Shown in pieces: positions 37,737-47,430 of a stretch of 64,000 bases of DNA. A program made the position numbers and the translations under genes. Every line of letters starts with the position of its first letter. Within the stretch, counting starts at the first letter, position 1. Source of the stretch: a virus; IMG/VR virus record IMGVR_UViG_3300030380_006811, positions 55,076 through 119,075 of that record; one strand, written 5' to 3'. A model generated the notes under the pieces. The model ran no database searches and was not told the origin of the DNA. It saw only the letters and a list, made by a program, of their open reading frames with translations.

Positions 37737-38368
37737 TGAAAAAGTTTATTTACATAACCTTAATAAGTTTCCTTTGGGCGTGTAGCCCAGAGGAGCTTAT
37801 TGAAAATTACCCATGTATAGGGGATTGTGATACAGCTTTTTATATTGATCCTTTAGTATCACCTGGTGTTTATCAAGACGAAAATGGATATTGGCATATT
37901 GAACATCAAGGATATAATTATTTTACTATTAAAGGTAATACTAGTGAATTGCATCCTGATTATGTTGTTAATGATGTTCCCTTAATTGAAACCGTTTTTG
38001 ATTCTAATTATTGGGTTTGGATTGATAGTATAACATTTACAGTTCCATTATATAGTGTATTAAGTTATTTTACAGATGGTAATTATAATAATCCAATTCC
38101 TATAGGCAATTTAACATATACTATAGAGGATATGGCTGATGTTCATCCTCCCTTAAATATTGTTGGTTATTCGGTAAACCCCAATCAGTGTTTTGATTGT
38201 CCTTATTCTGAAACACTTATAGGTACTTATAGTAAGTATAATTATACACCTCAACAACAAATATTTTTTGATAATGAAATGGTAGGAGATACAGCTACAG
38301 TATTTGTAAAAACGGTATTTAATAGTGAAATTGAAGTTGAAAAAGAATTTAATATTATATTTGAATAA
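37736..38368 (+). CDS. Lipoprotein
   Basis: MKK + hydrophobic core + LWAC lipobox, acidic SPEE after Cys. Confidence 0.75.
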   Translation: MKKFIYITLISFLWACSPEELIENYPCIGDCDTAFYIDPLVSPGVYQDENGYWHIEHQGYNYFTIKGNTSELHPDYVVNDVPLIETVFDSNYWVWIDSITFTVPLYSVLSYFTDGNYNNPIPIGNLTYTIEDMADVHPPLNIVGYSVNPNQCFDCPYSETLIGTYSKYNYTPQQQIFFDNEMVGDTATVFVKTVFNSEIEVEKEFNIIFE

Positions 38369-38505
38369 TGAATTATCAAATTAAAGAACAATTGTATTTA
38401 AAAATAAATAAAGCCATTGATTCATTGGAATCTAGAGATATAAATGGTACCTTACTAATATTAGAAAGTTTAAGAAAAGAAATACAGGATAATATTTACG
38501 ATTAA
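38368..38505 (+). CDS. Hypothetical protein, 45 aa
   Basis: TAATG coupling; fills gap. Confidence 0.5.
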   Translation: MNYQIKEQLYLKINKAIDSLESRDINGTLLILESLRKEIQDNIYD

Positions 38506-38509
38506 AATT

Positions 38510-38692
38510 ATGACAAAAGAAGAACAAAAAATAGAATTAATTAATGACCTAATTGCTACTTCAACCGTGTTAGATGAATTATGGAATTATCACCCTAATA
38601 ACCCTGATAGAAAAGATGTGGTTAATGAATATGAAACTCTTAAGAAAATTCAGAGTGATATTGAAAAAGAAATAGCTGAGTTGGAGAAGTAG
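38510..38692 (+). CDS. Hypothetical protein
   Basis: LWNYHPNNP helical hairpin. Confidence 0.65.
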   Translation: MTKEEQKIELINDLIATSTVLDELWNYHPNNPDRKDVVNEYETLKKIQSDIEKEIAELEK

Positions 38693-38695
38693 TAC

Positions 38696-38705
38696 ATATT
38701 TATAA
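38696..38705 (+). promoter_or_regulatory. Putative late promoter
   Basis: ATATTTATAA. Confidence 0.65.
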
Positions 38706-38717
38706 CCAAACGTTATT

Positions 38718-39062
38718 ATGTACATATATAAAGCAAAATGTTTAAGAGTCGTTGATGGAGATACCGTTGATGCTCAAATAGACTTAGGATTTGATACCCA
38801 TAAAGTCATCAGAATAAGATTAGTTGGTGTTAATGCTGCCGAATCTCGTACTCGTGATCTTGAAGAAAAAGCAAGGGGTTTAGCTGCTAAACAATTTGTA
38901 AAAGATATTTTAAGTAAACATAAAAATGAATTTATTTTGCACTCTCAAGGTGTTGGTAAGTATGGAAGATGTTTAGGAGAAATATTTTTAGGGGATGTAA
39001 AACTAAATGATTTATTAATTACAGAAGGACATGCTGTAGAATATTTTGGAGGTAAAAGATGA
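38718..39062 (+). CDS. Thermonuclease (SNase-like)
   Basis: RVVDGDT, IRLVGVNAAE, GKYGRCLG, EGHA. Confidence 0.9.
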   Translation: MYIYKAKCLRVVDGDTVDAQIDLGFDTHKVIRIRLVGVNAAESRTRDLEEKARGLAAKQFVKDILSKHKNEFILHSQGVGKYGRCLGEIFLGDVKLNDLLITEGHAVEYFGGKR

Positions 39063-39484
39063 TAGATAAGGATAAAATATTTCAATTGTTTGTTGATGGG
39101 AAAGAAATTAGTGATGAAAAAACTAAATCTGAGATAAAAGAATTTATGAACGGCCCATTTGCTAAGATTGGAATGTTTGTTAAATTAATCCAAAACCATA
39201 AAATATTCCATCAAAAACTTGAAAAATTTCTTAAAAAAGAACAACCTAATTATAATGTCCAATCTACTAAAGAAGCATCGGAACATACGATTTATAACAG
39301 ATCGTGGTCATATATTAAAAATATTAGTTTAGATGATAGTGATGATGTAAATGCAATTATAAATTTTGACAATAAGGTATTCAATCAGGCATTAGAAGGT
39401 GCTATTAGATTTTTTGAACAGTATGAGGAATATGAAAAATGTGCCCATCTCCATAATATTCAGGAAGTAGTTAAAAGAATTTAA
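39059..39484 (+). CDS. Hypothetical protein with C-terminal UVR-like motif
   Basis: FEQYEEYEKCAHL. Confidence 0.65.
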   Translation: MIDKDKIFQLFVDGKEISDEKTKSEIKEFMNGPFAKIGMFVKLIQNHKIFHQKLEKFLKKEQPNYNVQSTKEASEHTIYNRSWSYIKNISLDDSDDVNAIINFDNKVFNQALEGAIRFFEQYEEYEKCAHLHNIQEVVKRI

Positions 39485-39617
39485 AAAATAATTTGGATTA
39501 GTAAAATACTCCACGTACCTTAGGATTACAGGTTTGTTAGAAAAAAGGGAATAAGAAGGAGTGGGAATAAAGGTAATAAAAGGGTTATGAGACACCCTGT
39601 TAATCAATAAAATAAAT

Positions 39618-39782
39618 ATGAAAAATCAAGAATACGTTATCAGATTACTTGAAAGGTTAGAAGATAAATTCGCACAATTAGAATTTATAACTACCAGACA
39701 AGAACCATTAGAAACTTATAAGAAAGTTATTAATGAAAGCAAAGAAATAATATCAGACGTTAAATCAGCAATAGAAAGATAA
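39618..39782 (+). CDS. Hypothetical protein, 54 aa
   Basis: MKNQEYVIRLLERLEDK...; A-rich leader. Confidence 0.6.
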   Translation: MKNQEYVIRLLERLEDKFAQLEFITTRQEPLETYKKVINESKEIISDVKSAIER

Positions 39783-39795
39783 ATAAATAAAGGTT

Positions 39796-40569
39796 ATGAA
39801 ATTAACAGCAGAACAAATCCAATCAAATTGGGAAGTATTCCTAAACAATATAAAAGTACACATCCCAGGAAATAGGGGTGAGCAATTGATTAATTTTTAT
39901 AAACGTTACGAAGAACGTGTTATATTAATGCCAGCTGCTCATAAAAAAGAATATCATGGGGCATTCCCAGGAGGTTATGTTGCTCATGTAAATAGAGTAG
40001 TTGATGGATCCCTTAGATTATATGATATGTGGGAAGAAATGGGTTGTGATATGACTACATTTACTAAAGAAGAATTAGTATTCTCTGCTATTAATCATGA
40101 CCTAGGTAAAATGGGAGATAAAGACCATGAATCATATATCCCTCAGACCGACCAATGGAGAAAAGATAAGCTAGGTGAGGATTACATGTTTAATAAACAA
40201 TTAGCATTTTGTTCTGTACCTGATAGAGGTTTATTTTTATTACAACAGCATGATATTTCTTATTCATTTAATGAAATGGTAGCCATTCAAACTCATGATG
40301 GTTTATACGATGATGCTAATGTAAAATATCTTAAAACTTTCTTACCTGAACAAAAACCCCGTACATCACTTCCATATATCTTACACCAGGCAGATTTAAT
40401 GGCTGCTCGTATAGAATTTGAACAGGAATGGTTACCTAAATTAAAAGAAAAAAATAGCGTGGAACCACAAAAAAAGAATTTTACCTTAAAGTCAAAATCA
40501 ACAGCAAAATCAAAGGCCCTAAATACAGTTTCAAGCCCAGGGTTGAAAAATATGCTAGATAGTTTATGA
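39796..40569 (+). CDS. HD-domain phosphohydrolase (YhaM-like HD core)
   Basis: PAA...YHGAFPGG...H, HDLGK, HDG, LHQAD. Confidence 0.85.
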   Translation: MKLTAEQIQSNWEVFLNNIKVHIPGNRGEQLINFYKRYEERVILMPAAHKKEYHGAFPGGYVAHVNRVVDGSLRLYDMWEEMGCDMTTFTKEELVFSAINHDLGKMGDKDHESYIPQTDQWRKDKLGEDYMFNKQLAFCSVPDRGLFLLQQHDISYSFNEMVAIQTHDGLYDDANVKYLKTFLPEQKPRTSLPYILHQADLMAARIEFEQEWLPKLKEKNSVEPQKKNFTLKSKSTAKSKALNTVSSPGLKNMLDSL

Positions 40570-40841
40570 TATTAGAGATTATAATTGGAATATTGGGTTT
40601 ATTAGTCGTTATCTTAGGGTATACGACTTTTAACCTTTTACGTAAAAATGAAAGAGCAGAAGATATTATAGTTCAGTATAATGATTATTTAACTGAATTT
40701 AATAAACAGATTTCATTTACAAGTGAACGTTTATCTAAAATAGATGCTAAGGGTACATTTGAAAGTGATGATGAAATTGGTTGGTTTTTTAAGCAAATAA
40801 AAAATTTACAGGAGGGAATAGATAAATTCCGCATTAACTAA
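40566..40841 (+). CDS. Membrane-anchored coiled-coil protein
   Basis: N-terminal TM helix; FESDDEIGWFF. Confidence 0.65.
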   Translation: MILEIIIGILGLLVVILGYTTFNLLRKNERAEDIIVQYNDYLTEFNKQISFTSERLSKIDAKGTFESDDEIGWFFKQIKNLQEGIDKFRIN

Positions 40842-40844
40842 CTA

Positions 40845-41549
40845 ATGGTAAGAAAAAGAAGAAAAAAGAGTAAAAATTATTTTACTCAAGAGACAGAGGA
40901 CTATATTGTAAAATACAATAATGAACCAGACCCAGAAGTAAGAAGTAAGATATATGAAGAACATATCCATTATCCTTTTTTTAAACTCACCCAAAATATC
41001 ATTCATACATTTAAATTTTACCATACAGAAGTAGAAAATTTAGAACATCTTCAACATGAAATAATTACATTTCTTTTATCTAAAATGCATTTATTTGACC
41101 CAGGTAGGGGAGCAAAAGCATATTCTTACTTTGGTACTATAGTAAAACGTTGGTTAATATTATATAATACTAAAAATTATAATAAAAAAATTAAAAAAGT
41201 TGAGGTTGATATTTTAACCGGTGAAAATTCTACTCATATCTACAATATAGGAGATGATAAAGTAAAAAGTGATTTAGATAAGTATGTTGATTTATTTGTA
41301 ACATACACTAGTGAAAATATTTTAGAATTATTCCCAAAGAAAAATGATGCTCAAATAGCAGATGCAATTTTAGAATTATTTAGAAAAAGGGAGTCAATAG
41401 AAGTATTTAATAAAAAAGCATTATATATCTACATTAGAGAAATGGTAGATGTTAAAACTCCCAAAATTACTAAAATAGCAGACAAACTTCACGATATATT
41501 TAAATCACAATATATATTTTATTTAGAAAACGGCTACGCTAGATTCTAA
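40845..41549 (+). CDS. Phage sigma factor, T4 gp55-like late sigma
   Basis: NYF near N-terminus; FDPGRGAKAYSYFGTIVKRW resembles sigma region 2.3-2.4 (FDP...AFAYF). Confidence 0.7.
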   Translation: MVRKRRKKSKNYFTQETEDYIVKYNNEPDPEVRSKIYEEHIHYPFFKLTQNIIHTFKFYHTEVENLEHLQHEIITFLLSKMHLFDPGRGAKAYSYFGTIVKRWLILYNTKNYNKKIKKVEVDILTGENSTHIYNIGDDKVKSDLDKYVDLFVTYTSENILELFPKKNDAQIADAILELFRKRESIEVFNKKALYIYIREMVDVKTPKITKIADKLHDIFKSQYIFYLENGYARF

Positions 41550-41564
41550 CCCTTTTCTATATCC

Positions 41565-41574
41565 ATATTTATAA
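41565..41574 (+). promoter_or_regulatory. Putative late promoter
   Basis: ATATTTATAA at head of structural block. Confidence 0.7.
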
Positions 41575-41586
41575 CAAAATAACATT

Positions 41587-41943
41587 ATGGGATCATTAGA
41601 TAATATTGTATTTAAAAAGAAAAAATTTTCGGATATATTAAGCGAAATTTACGATAACCAAAAAAGAAAAGAAGCCCAAATCACCGGATTAATATCGGAA
41701 TTAAAACCTTTAATTAATGATATAGGTGATGCTACTTTAATTGTTCCACTTATTAAAGAATATATGGAAATTGGTGTTCGTAACGATGAACAATTAATTA
41801 AAATGGCTACTATAGTACAGCGTGCGCTTAACAATAGCAGCGGTGAAGATTCACTTGGTATAACGGATGAAGAAAAAAAACAATTAATGGAAGAATTAGA
41901 TAAATTAAATTCTAATTTCGAAGAAAAAAAGGATGGCAAATAA
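41587..41943 (+). CDS. Hypothetical late protein (helical)
   Basis: Late-type motif at 41565; first gene of structural block. Confidence 0.65.
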   Translation: MGSLDNIVFKKKKFSDILSEIYDNQKRKEAQITGLISELKPLINDIGDATLIVPLIKEYMEIGVRNDEQLIKMATIVQRALNNSSGEDSLGITDEEKKQLMEELDKLNSNFEEKKDGK

Positions 41944-43249
41944 TTTAGGATTTAGTGGATTAAATAATACCCTTAATTCTCAAGACCCTACCCAAGAAAT
42001 ATTCCAAAATTTAAATATATTAAATAATAAATTTATTTCTGGGAGAGTAGTTGATATTATTATTAGTAACACTCATCCTTTATTTAATGAAGAAGGAGGT
42101 TGGGGAGGCTTAGGTACTATATTTTTTGAATCAACGGATAATTTAACACAAAATAAACCAGAGGTACAATCTTCGGCCCAACCTTTAATACCATATTTAA
42201 AAAATTATCCTTTAGTAAATGAAATAGTAATAATATTTTCATTACCTTCTAAAAATGTAGATCCCACATCTCAAAATTCATTAATTAATAGATATTATTA
42301 TGTAAACCCAATTAGCCTTTGGAATAGTAATCATCATAATGCATACCCAAACACATACCAACCCAGTACAAACAACCCACCAGAAAAAACATACCAAGAA
42401 ATAGAATCAGGCTCTCCTAGAGTAAATAAACCTAACCAAGAAGAAATTACTTTAAATAGCCCATTAATCGGAGGCACATTTGAAGAAAGATCAAACGTTC
42501 ACCCCATAATGCCATTTGCAGGGGATATAATAAATGAAGGAAGATGGGGTAATTCTATAAGATTAGGAAGTACAGTTACTGGTTCTAATAACACAAGTGA
42601 TTATCAAAGCACATGGTCCGATGTAGGTAATAATGGAGATCCTATTATGATATTTAAAAATGGTCAACCAACAGATTCTGGAGAATCGGGGTGGTTACCT
42701 ATAGTAGAAAACATTAAAAAGGATTTATCTTCTATTTATATGACTTCTTATCAAAAGATAAGATTAAGAGCGGCAAGTGAAAACTTCTCAGCACTATCAC
42801 CAGAACCCCTTTTACCAAGAGAATATTTTAACCCTCAAATTATTTTAAATTCTGGACGATTAATATTTAACGCTAATGAAGATAGTATTATAATTAGTGC
42901 TAATGATTCTGTAGCAATATCATCAAATAAACAAATAGGATTAACATCAGATACAGTTAGTATAGTCGCAGATAAAATTAAATTAGGGAATGCTGCTGCA
43001 GACACACCAGCCATTTTAGGGGGTCCTTTTATAGAGCAATTTAGAGTTTTAGTTGAACAAATTCAAACATTAGGTTTTGCATGTTCAAGTTTAGAAGGGT
43101 ATGATCCAACTGCTACTAATATAGAAACAACAGGAATTGATGCTGCGGGTCAAGCTTTGGAAGAAACATGTCAAAATATATTAAATTTACTACCTAGTGA
43201 AAATAAATCAACTTCACCTTTATTGTCTAATAATATAAGAGTATCATAA
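41933..43249 (+). CDS. Baseplate hub/spike protein (gp5/gpV-like)
   Basis: N-terminal OB-like GRVVDII...PLVNEIV; GDIINEGRWGNSIRLGS; short beta repeats near C-terminus; context. Confidence 0.55.
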   Translation: MANNLGFSGLNNTLNSQDPTQEIFQNLNILNNKFISGRVVDIIISNTHPLFNEEGGWGGLGTIFFESTDNLTQNKPEVQSSAQPLIPYLKNYPLVNEIVIIFSLPSKNVDPTSQNSLINRYYYVNPISLWNSNHHNAYPNTYQPSTNNPPEKTYQEIESGSPRVNKPNQEEITLNSPLIGGTFEERSNVHPIMPFAGDIINEGRWGNSIRLGSTVTGSNNTSDYQSTWSDVGNNGDPIMIFKNGQPTDSGESGWLPIVENIKKDLSSIYMTSYQKIRLRAASENFSALSPEPLLPREYFNPQIILNSGRLIFNANEDSIIISANDSVAISSNKQIGLTSDTVSIVADKIKLGNAAADTPAILGGPFIEQFRVLVEQIQTLGFACSSLEGYDPTATNIETTGIDAAGQALEETCQNILNLLPSENKSTSPLLSNNIRVS

Positions 43250-44739
43250 TGGAAGAATTAAACCCAAATAATGTTGGTGGAGTTGGTACTCAAACTTATT
43301 TAGCATCAGTTTCGACTATTGTAAATGGAGTAAATGATGTTGCTTACATTAATTTAATAACAATAAATGATGGTTCACTACAAACTGAAACCGTTTCTTT
43401 ATTAGAAGACCCTAGACCCAATAAATTTTCTGAACCTGAATTTAGTTTACCGAATGACCAATTAATACAAAATGCTTTAGAACAACTCCAAATTGATGAT
43501 AATGTAGAAATTGGCACTTACCTAATTCAGGAAACACAATACTTTGAAGTACCTAATACTATAAAGAAGGAATATATTATCCAAGGTACTGTAATTGACT
43601 TTTATAAACAAAAACCCATAAAAGGAGCAAAATTGTTGCTGCCTCTTCCTGGTACTAAATTTGATACCAAAACAGATAAAAATGGTAAATTTAAAATTAA
43701 GGCAACTTATCCTATAGATAAAGATACAGAGAAAGTTACCTTAAGACCTCCAATTTTAGTAACTGCAAATGGTTATATTCCAAAAAAGATAACCCCATAT
43801 GCCCTTGACCAAACAATAAGAGAAGATCTTAGAACTACTGAATTAAAGTCAACAAAAGGGTTAACTGATGAAGCTAAAGCTAAAATAGCAGCAGTTGGGA
43901 AAAAGATAATAGCTTCTATTCAAGCTTTAAAGGCAACAAAAATGTCATTTAAAGTTTTACTTAAAAAATTTGTTAAAATAGTTAAAGAAAGATTAATTCC
44001 TTTTCTTTTAAACATGTTAGCTGCCTTTTTAATAGGTAAATTAAGTGATATTCTTTCTGGTAAATTATCAATACAAGACGCCCAAGCACCATGTCCCACC
44101 CCAGAAGAAATAGCAAGATTAATTAATAAAAGAAATAGGGTTGTAAGACAGTTAAACCAAATATATAAAATATTAGATACTGCATTAAAAGTATCAGGAA
44201 TTCTTGGTGGTGTAGCAACTATATTTTTAGTAGCAGCTGATATTATTAAAAAGATCCCATTACCTACATCTGTACCACCTGGAGTAGGTATCCCAACTTC
44301 AGCAATTTTACAATTTCAAGATAAAATTAGCAAATTTGAGGCACTAGCTGAACTTTTACAAGCTATATCCTTTGCTTTAATGGGTGTTCTGTTTGTATTA
44401 TTAGCTTTATTAAAACAAGCTATACAATTACTCAAATTGCTAGATTTCCAATTACAAAGATGTAGTGTAGATAATGAAGATTTAGAAAGTTTGAATTTTA
44501 TTTTAGCTGATGATGTTGAAGAAGATACTACTCCTGATACATCTGTTAATGGATTTACATTACAAGTAAAAACTGATGTTAAGGGAGGAGTCGGATCATT
44601 AAAAAGAAGATTTGCAGTTGCTTTAAATACTCAAGGAGTACAAGCTTTAAAAGGAGAGCCTTCATTTAGTGCAAGTGAAAAAATACTTATTGATGAACTT
44701 GCATTTTATATCCGATCAAATAATTTAAAAGCTAATTAG
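43249..44739 (+). CDS. Structural protein with beta-sandwich domain and hydrophobic helical region
   Basis: IQGTVID...PIKGA...TDKNGKF domain; hydrophobic helices around PLPTSVPPGVGIP. Confidence 0.55.
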   Translation: MEELNPNNVGGVGTQTYLASVSTIVNGVNDVAYINLITINDGSLQTETVSLLEDPRPNKFSEPEFSLPNDQLIQNALEQLQIDDNVEIGTYLIQETQYFEVPNTIKKEYIIQGTVIDFYKQKPIKGAKLLLPLPGTKFDTKTDKNGKFKIKATYPIDKDTEKVTLRPPILVTANGYIPKKITPYALDQTIREDLRTTELKSTKGLTDEAKAKIAAVGKKIIASIQALKATKMSFKVLLKKFVKIVKERLIPFLLNMLAAFLIGKLSDILSGKLSIQDAQAPCPTPEEIARLINKRNRVVRQLNQIYKILDTALKVSGILGGVATIFLVAADIIKKIPLPTSVPPGVGIPTSAILQFQDKISKFEALAELLQAISFALMGVLFVLLALLKQAIQLLKLLDFQLQRCSVDNEDLESLNFILADDVEEDTTPDTSVNGFTLQVKTDVKGGVGSLKRRFAVALNTQGVQALKGEPSFSASEKILIDELAFYIRSNNLKAN

Positions 44740-44743
44740 TCTA

Positions 44744-44753
44744 ATATTTATAA
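44744..44753 (+). promoter_or_regulatory. Putative late promoter
   Basis: ATATTTATAA. Confidence 0.7.
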
Positions 44754-44767
44754 TAAATCAATATACT

Positions 44768-45112
44768 ATGAAATTAAGTCAATTAAAATCAATTGTAAAA
44801 GATGCTGTAAAAGAAGCAATACAAGAAGAAATGAAAGATATTCTTCTTGAAGCAATAAAAGTTCCAAAAACAACTATACAAGAAAACCAAGTGCAAAAAT
44901 CTATGCCCCAATCAGATAAAGCTCAACTAAGAGAAAATATGATGAGTGTATTAGATGGAATGAGACCTGGAGCGGATGGAACATTAAATGCTAATACTTC
45001 AAATACACCTTTGGCAGTAAGTGGATTTGGTGATACTACTTCTCCTAATGGTAAATTACCTGAAGGAAATGTTAGTATGGATCAGATAATGGGTTTAATG
45101 AATAAAAGATAA
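44768..45112 (+). CDS. Hypothetical late protein
   Basis: Late-type motif at 44744; LKSIVKDAVKEAIQEE. Confidence 0.65.
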   Translation: MKLSQLKSIVKDAVKEAIQEEMKDILLEAIKVPKTTIQENQVQKSMPQSDKAQLRENMMSVLDGMRPGADGTLNANTSNTPLAVSGFGDTTSPNGKLPEGNVSMDQIMGLMNKR

Positions 45113-45116
45113 TTAA

Positions 45117-45524
45117 ATGGCATTTGGAGCAACTAAAATATTCCCCAATGACCAAAGGCCAAGAGTCGCAATTGGTTTTGACCTTCCTTTAAATGGAGGT
45201 GGGGTATTTACTCCAAATTATCAAACAAAAGATGCTATAAAAAGTAATTTAATTAACTATTTTTTAACTAACCCTGGGGAAAGACCTGGTAATCCAACAT
45301 TTGGGGCTGGGTTAAGAGAATTTGTATTTAGTCAAATAGATCAAAAGGATTTTACATTTATAAAAGATGATATTCAAGTAAAATTAACAGCTTTTTTCCC
45401 CAATGTGCTAGTAAAGGAAATATCAGTTTTACCAACAGAAACAGAAAATGAAATTAATATAAACATAACCTATAGTGTAGAAGATACAGGGATAAATGAT
45501 GCACTATCATTAAGCTTTAACTAA
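45117..45524 (+). CDS. Baseplate wedge subunit, gp25-like
   Basis: IKSNLINYFLTNPGERPGNPTFGAGL. Confidence 0.88.
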   Translation: MAFGATKIFPNDQRPRVAIGFDLPLNGGGVFTPNYQTKDAIKSNLINYFLTNPGERPGNPTFGAGLREFVFSQIDQKDFTFIKDDIQVKLTAFFPNVLVKEISVLPTETENEININITYSVEDTGINDALSLSFN

Positions 45525-47419
45525 TGGCAGTAAGAAGAACAATTAATTATTTAAATAAGGATTTTAGTGATTATAGATCTCAACTTATAGATTTTTCACA
45601 AACCTATTTTCCTAACACATATACTGATTTTTCCGAAACTTCTCCTGGAATGATGTTTATGGAACAAGCATCTTATGTTGGAGATGTTTTATCCTTTTAT
45701 ATAGATAACCAAGTACAAGAAAATTTTGTACAATTTGCTAGACAAACAAGTAATTTATATGATTTATCTTACATGTATGGTTATAAACCAAAAGTAACAG
45801 GATTATCATCAGTTAAATTAGATTTTTATCAATTAATACCTTCAATGCCCTCTTCAAGTGGTGCTGATACTCTTTATGTTCCAAATTATGATTATGCCCT
45901 TTTTATAGGAGGAAATACTACATCCCAAACAGAAGAAGGAAAATCTTTTGTTATAGAAGATGCCATAGATTTTACAGTATCAAATTCTTTAGATCCAACA
46001 GAAGTTACAATAGCTCAAACAACGGCGGGAGAACCTGATTATTTTTTATTGAAAAAATCAAGAAATGCTTTATCTGGAGAGATAAAATCAGTAAATTTCC
46101 CATTCACAACCCCAACAGAATTTCCAACAGTTGTAATTAGTGACACAAATATTGGTGGTATAATTGATTGCTTTGATACTGATGGTTTCCAATGGTATGA
46201 AGTAGATTATTTAGGTCAGGAACAAGTATTTACAAATTTAAAAAATACAAATGTTAATGATCCAAATAATTTTTCCGAAAGTGATGATTCTCCTTACTTA
46301 CTTCAAACTAAACAAGTACAAAGAAGGTTTAATACTAGATTTTTAAGTAGTACGCAACTGCAACTACAATTTGGATCAGGAAATCCAGCGGACACAGATG
46401 AAGATATAGTACCCAATCCTATGAATGTTGGTTTAGGTTTACCTTTTGAACGTGATAAATTAACTACAGCATTTAGCCCAACTAATTTTATATTTACAAA
46501 TACCTATGGTATTGCTCCAAGTAATACTACATTAACTGTAAGATATTTAAGAGGAGGTGGAATTAGTTCTAATGTAGCAGCAAATACTATTACTCAATTA
46601 AATACTAATTTAAGTAAGTTTTTAAAACAAACTTTAGCTGCAAATACTGCTCAGTATGTTTTTGATTCCCTACAAGTAAATAATCCAAGTGCCGCTAGTG
46701 GGGGTATGGATGGAGATAATGCTGAAGAATTAAGACAAAATTCTATATCACAAATATCAAGTCAATTAAGAAATGTAACTGCTGATGATTATCTAGTTAG
46801 AGCTTTAAGTATGCCTCCTAAATTTGGTATAATTTCAAAAGCAATAACTCAAAAACCAACAGCCCAACAATCTCAATCAACTTTATGTTTATATGTGCTT
46901 TCACAAGACTTTAATGGAAATTTAACAACAGCTTCAAATGCCCTAAAACAAAATTTAAAGTCATATATTAATCAATACAGGATGATTGGGGATTCTATAG
47001 ATATAAAAGACGCATTTGTTATTAACATAGGTGTTAATTTTGAAATAATAACCCTTCCTAATTTTAATAATAATCAAGTAATTACAAATTGTATAGAAAA
47101 AATTAAAACATTTTTTAATATAAATAATTGGCAAATAAACCAACCAATAATTTTAAGAGATATAAGTAATTTATTAAATTCAGTTGATGGGGTACAAACT
47201 ATAAATAATATAACAATAAATAATAAGGCTGGTACTTCTTCTGGATACTCACAATATGCCTATGATGTAGCTGGAGCTTTACAAAATGGAACAATTTTTC
47301 CTTCTATTGACCCAATGATATTTGAAGTTAAATACCCAAATGATGATATAATAGGTAGAGTAGTAAGTATTGGACAAGGTGGTGGTAATACATCAAACGG
47401 TGGAGGTAGAAATTATTAA
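45524..47419 (+). CDS. Baseplate wedge protein, gp6/baseplate J-like
   Basis: YLNKDF...YTDFSETSPGMMFME...YVGDVLSFY; FGSG; SGGMD; RNVTADDY. Confidence 0.88.
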   Translation: MAVRRTINYLNKDFSDYRSQLIDFSQTYFPNTYTDFSETSPGMMFMEQASYVGDVLSFYIDNQVQENFVQFARQTSNLYDLSYMYGYKPKVTGLSSVKLDFYQLIPSMPSSSGADTLYVPNYDYALFIGGNTTSQTEEGKSFVIEDAIDFTVSNSLDPTEVTIAQTTAGEPDYFLLKKSRNALSGEIKSVNFPFTTPTEFPTVVISDTNIGGIIDCFDTDGFQWYEVDYLGQEQVFTNLKNTNVNDPNNFSESDDSPYLLQTKQVQRRFNTRFLSSTQLQLQFGSGNPADTDEDIVPNPMNVGLGLPFERDKLTTAFSPTNFIFTNTYGIAPSNTTLTVRYLRGGGISSNVAANTITQLNTNLSKFLKQTLAANTAQYVFDSLQVNNPSAASGGMDGDNAEELRQNSISQISSQLRNVTADDYLVRALSMPPKFGIISKAITQKPTAQQSQSTLCLYVLSQDFNGNLTTASNALKQNLKSYINQYRMIGDSIDIKDAFVINIGVNFEIITLPNFNNNQVITNCIEKIKTFFNINNWQINQPIILRDISNLLNSVDGVQTINNITINNKAGTSSGYSQYAYDVAGALQNGTIFPSIDPMIFEVKYPNDDIIGRVVSIGQGGGNTSNGGGRNY

Positions 47420-47430
47420 AATTTAAAAAA

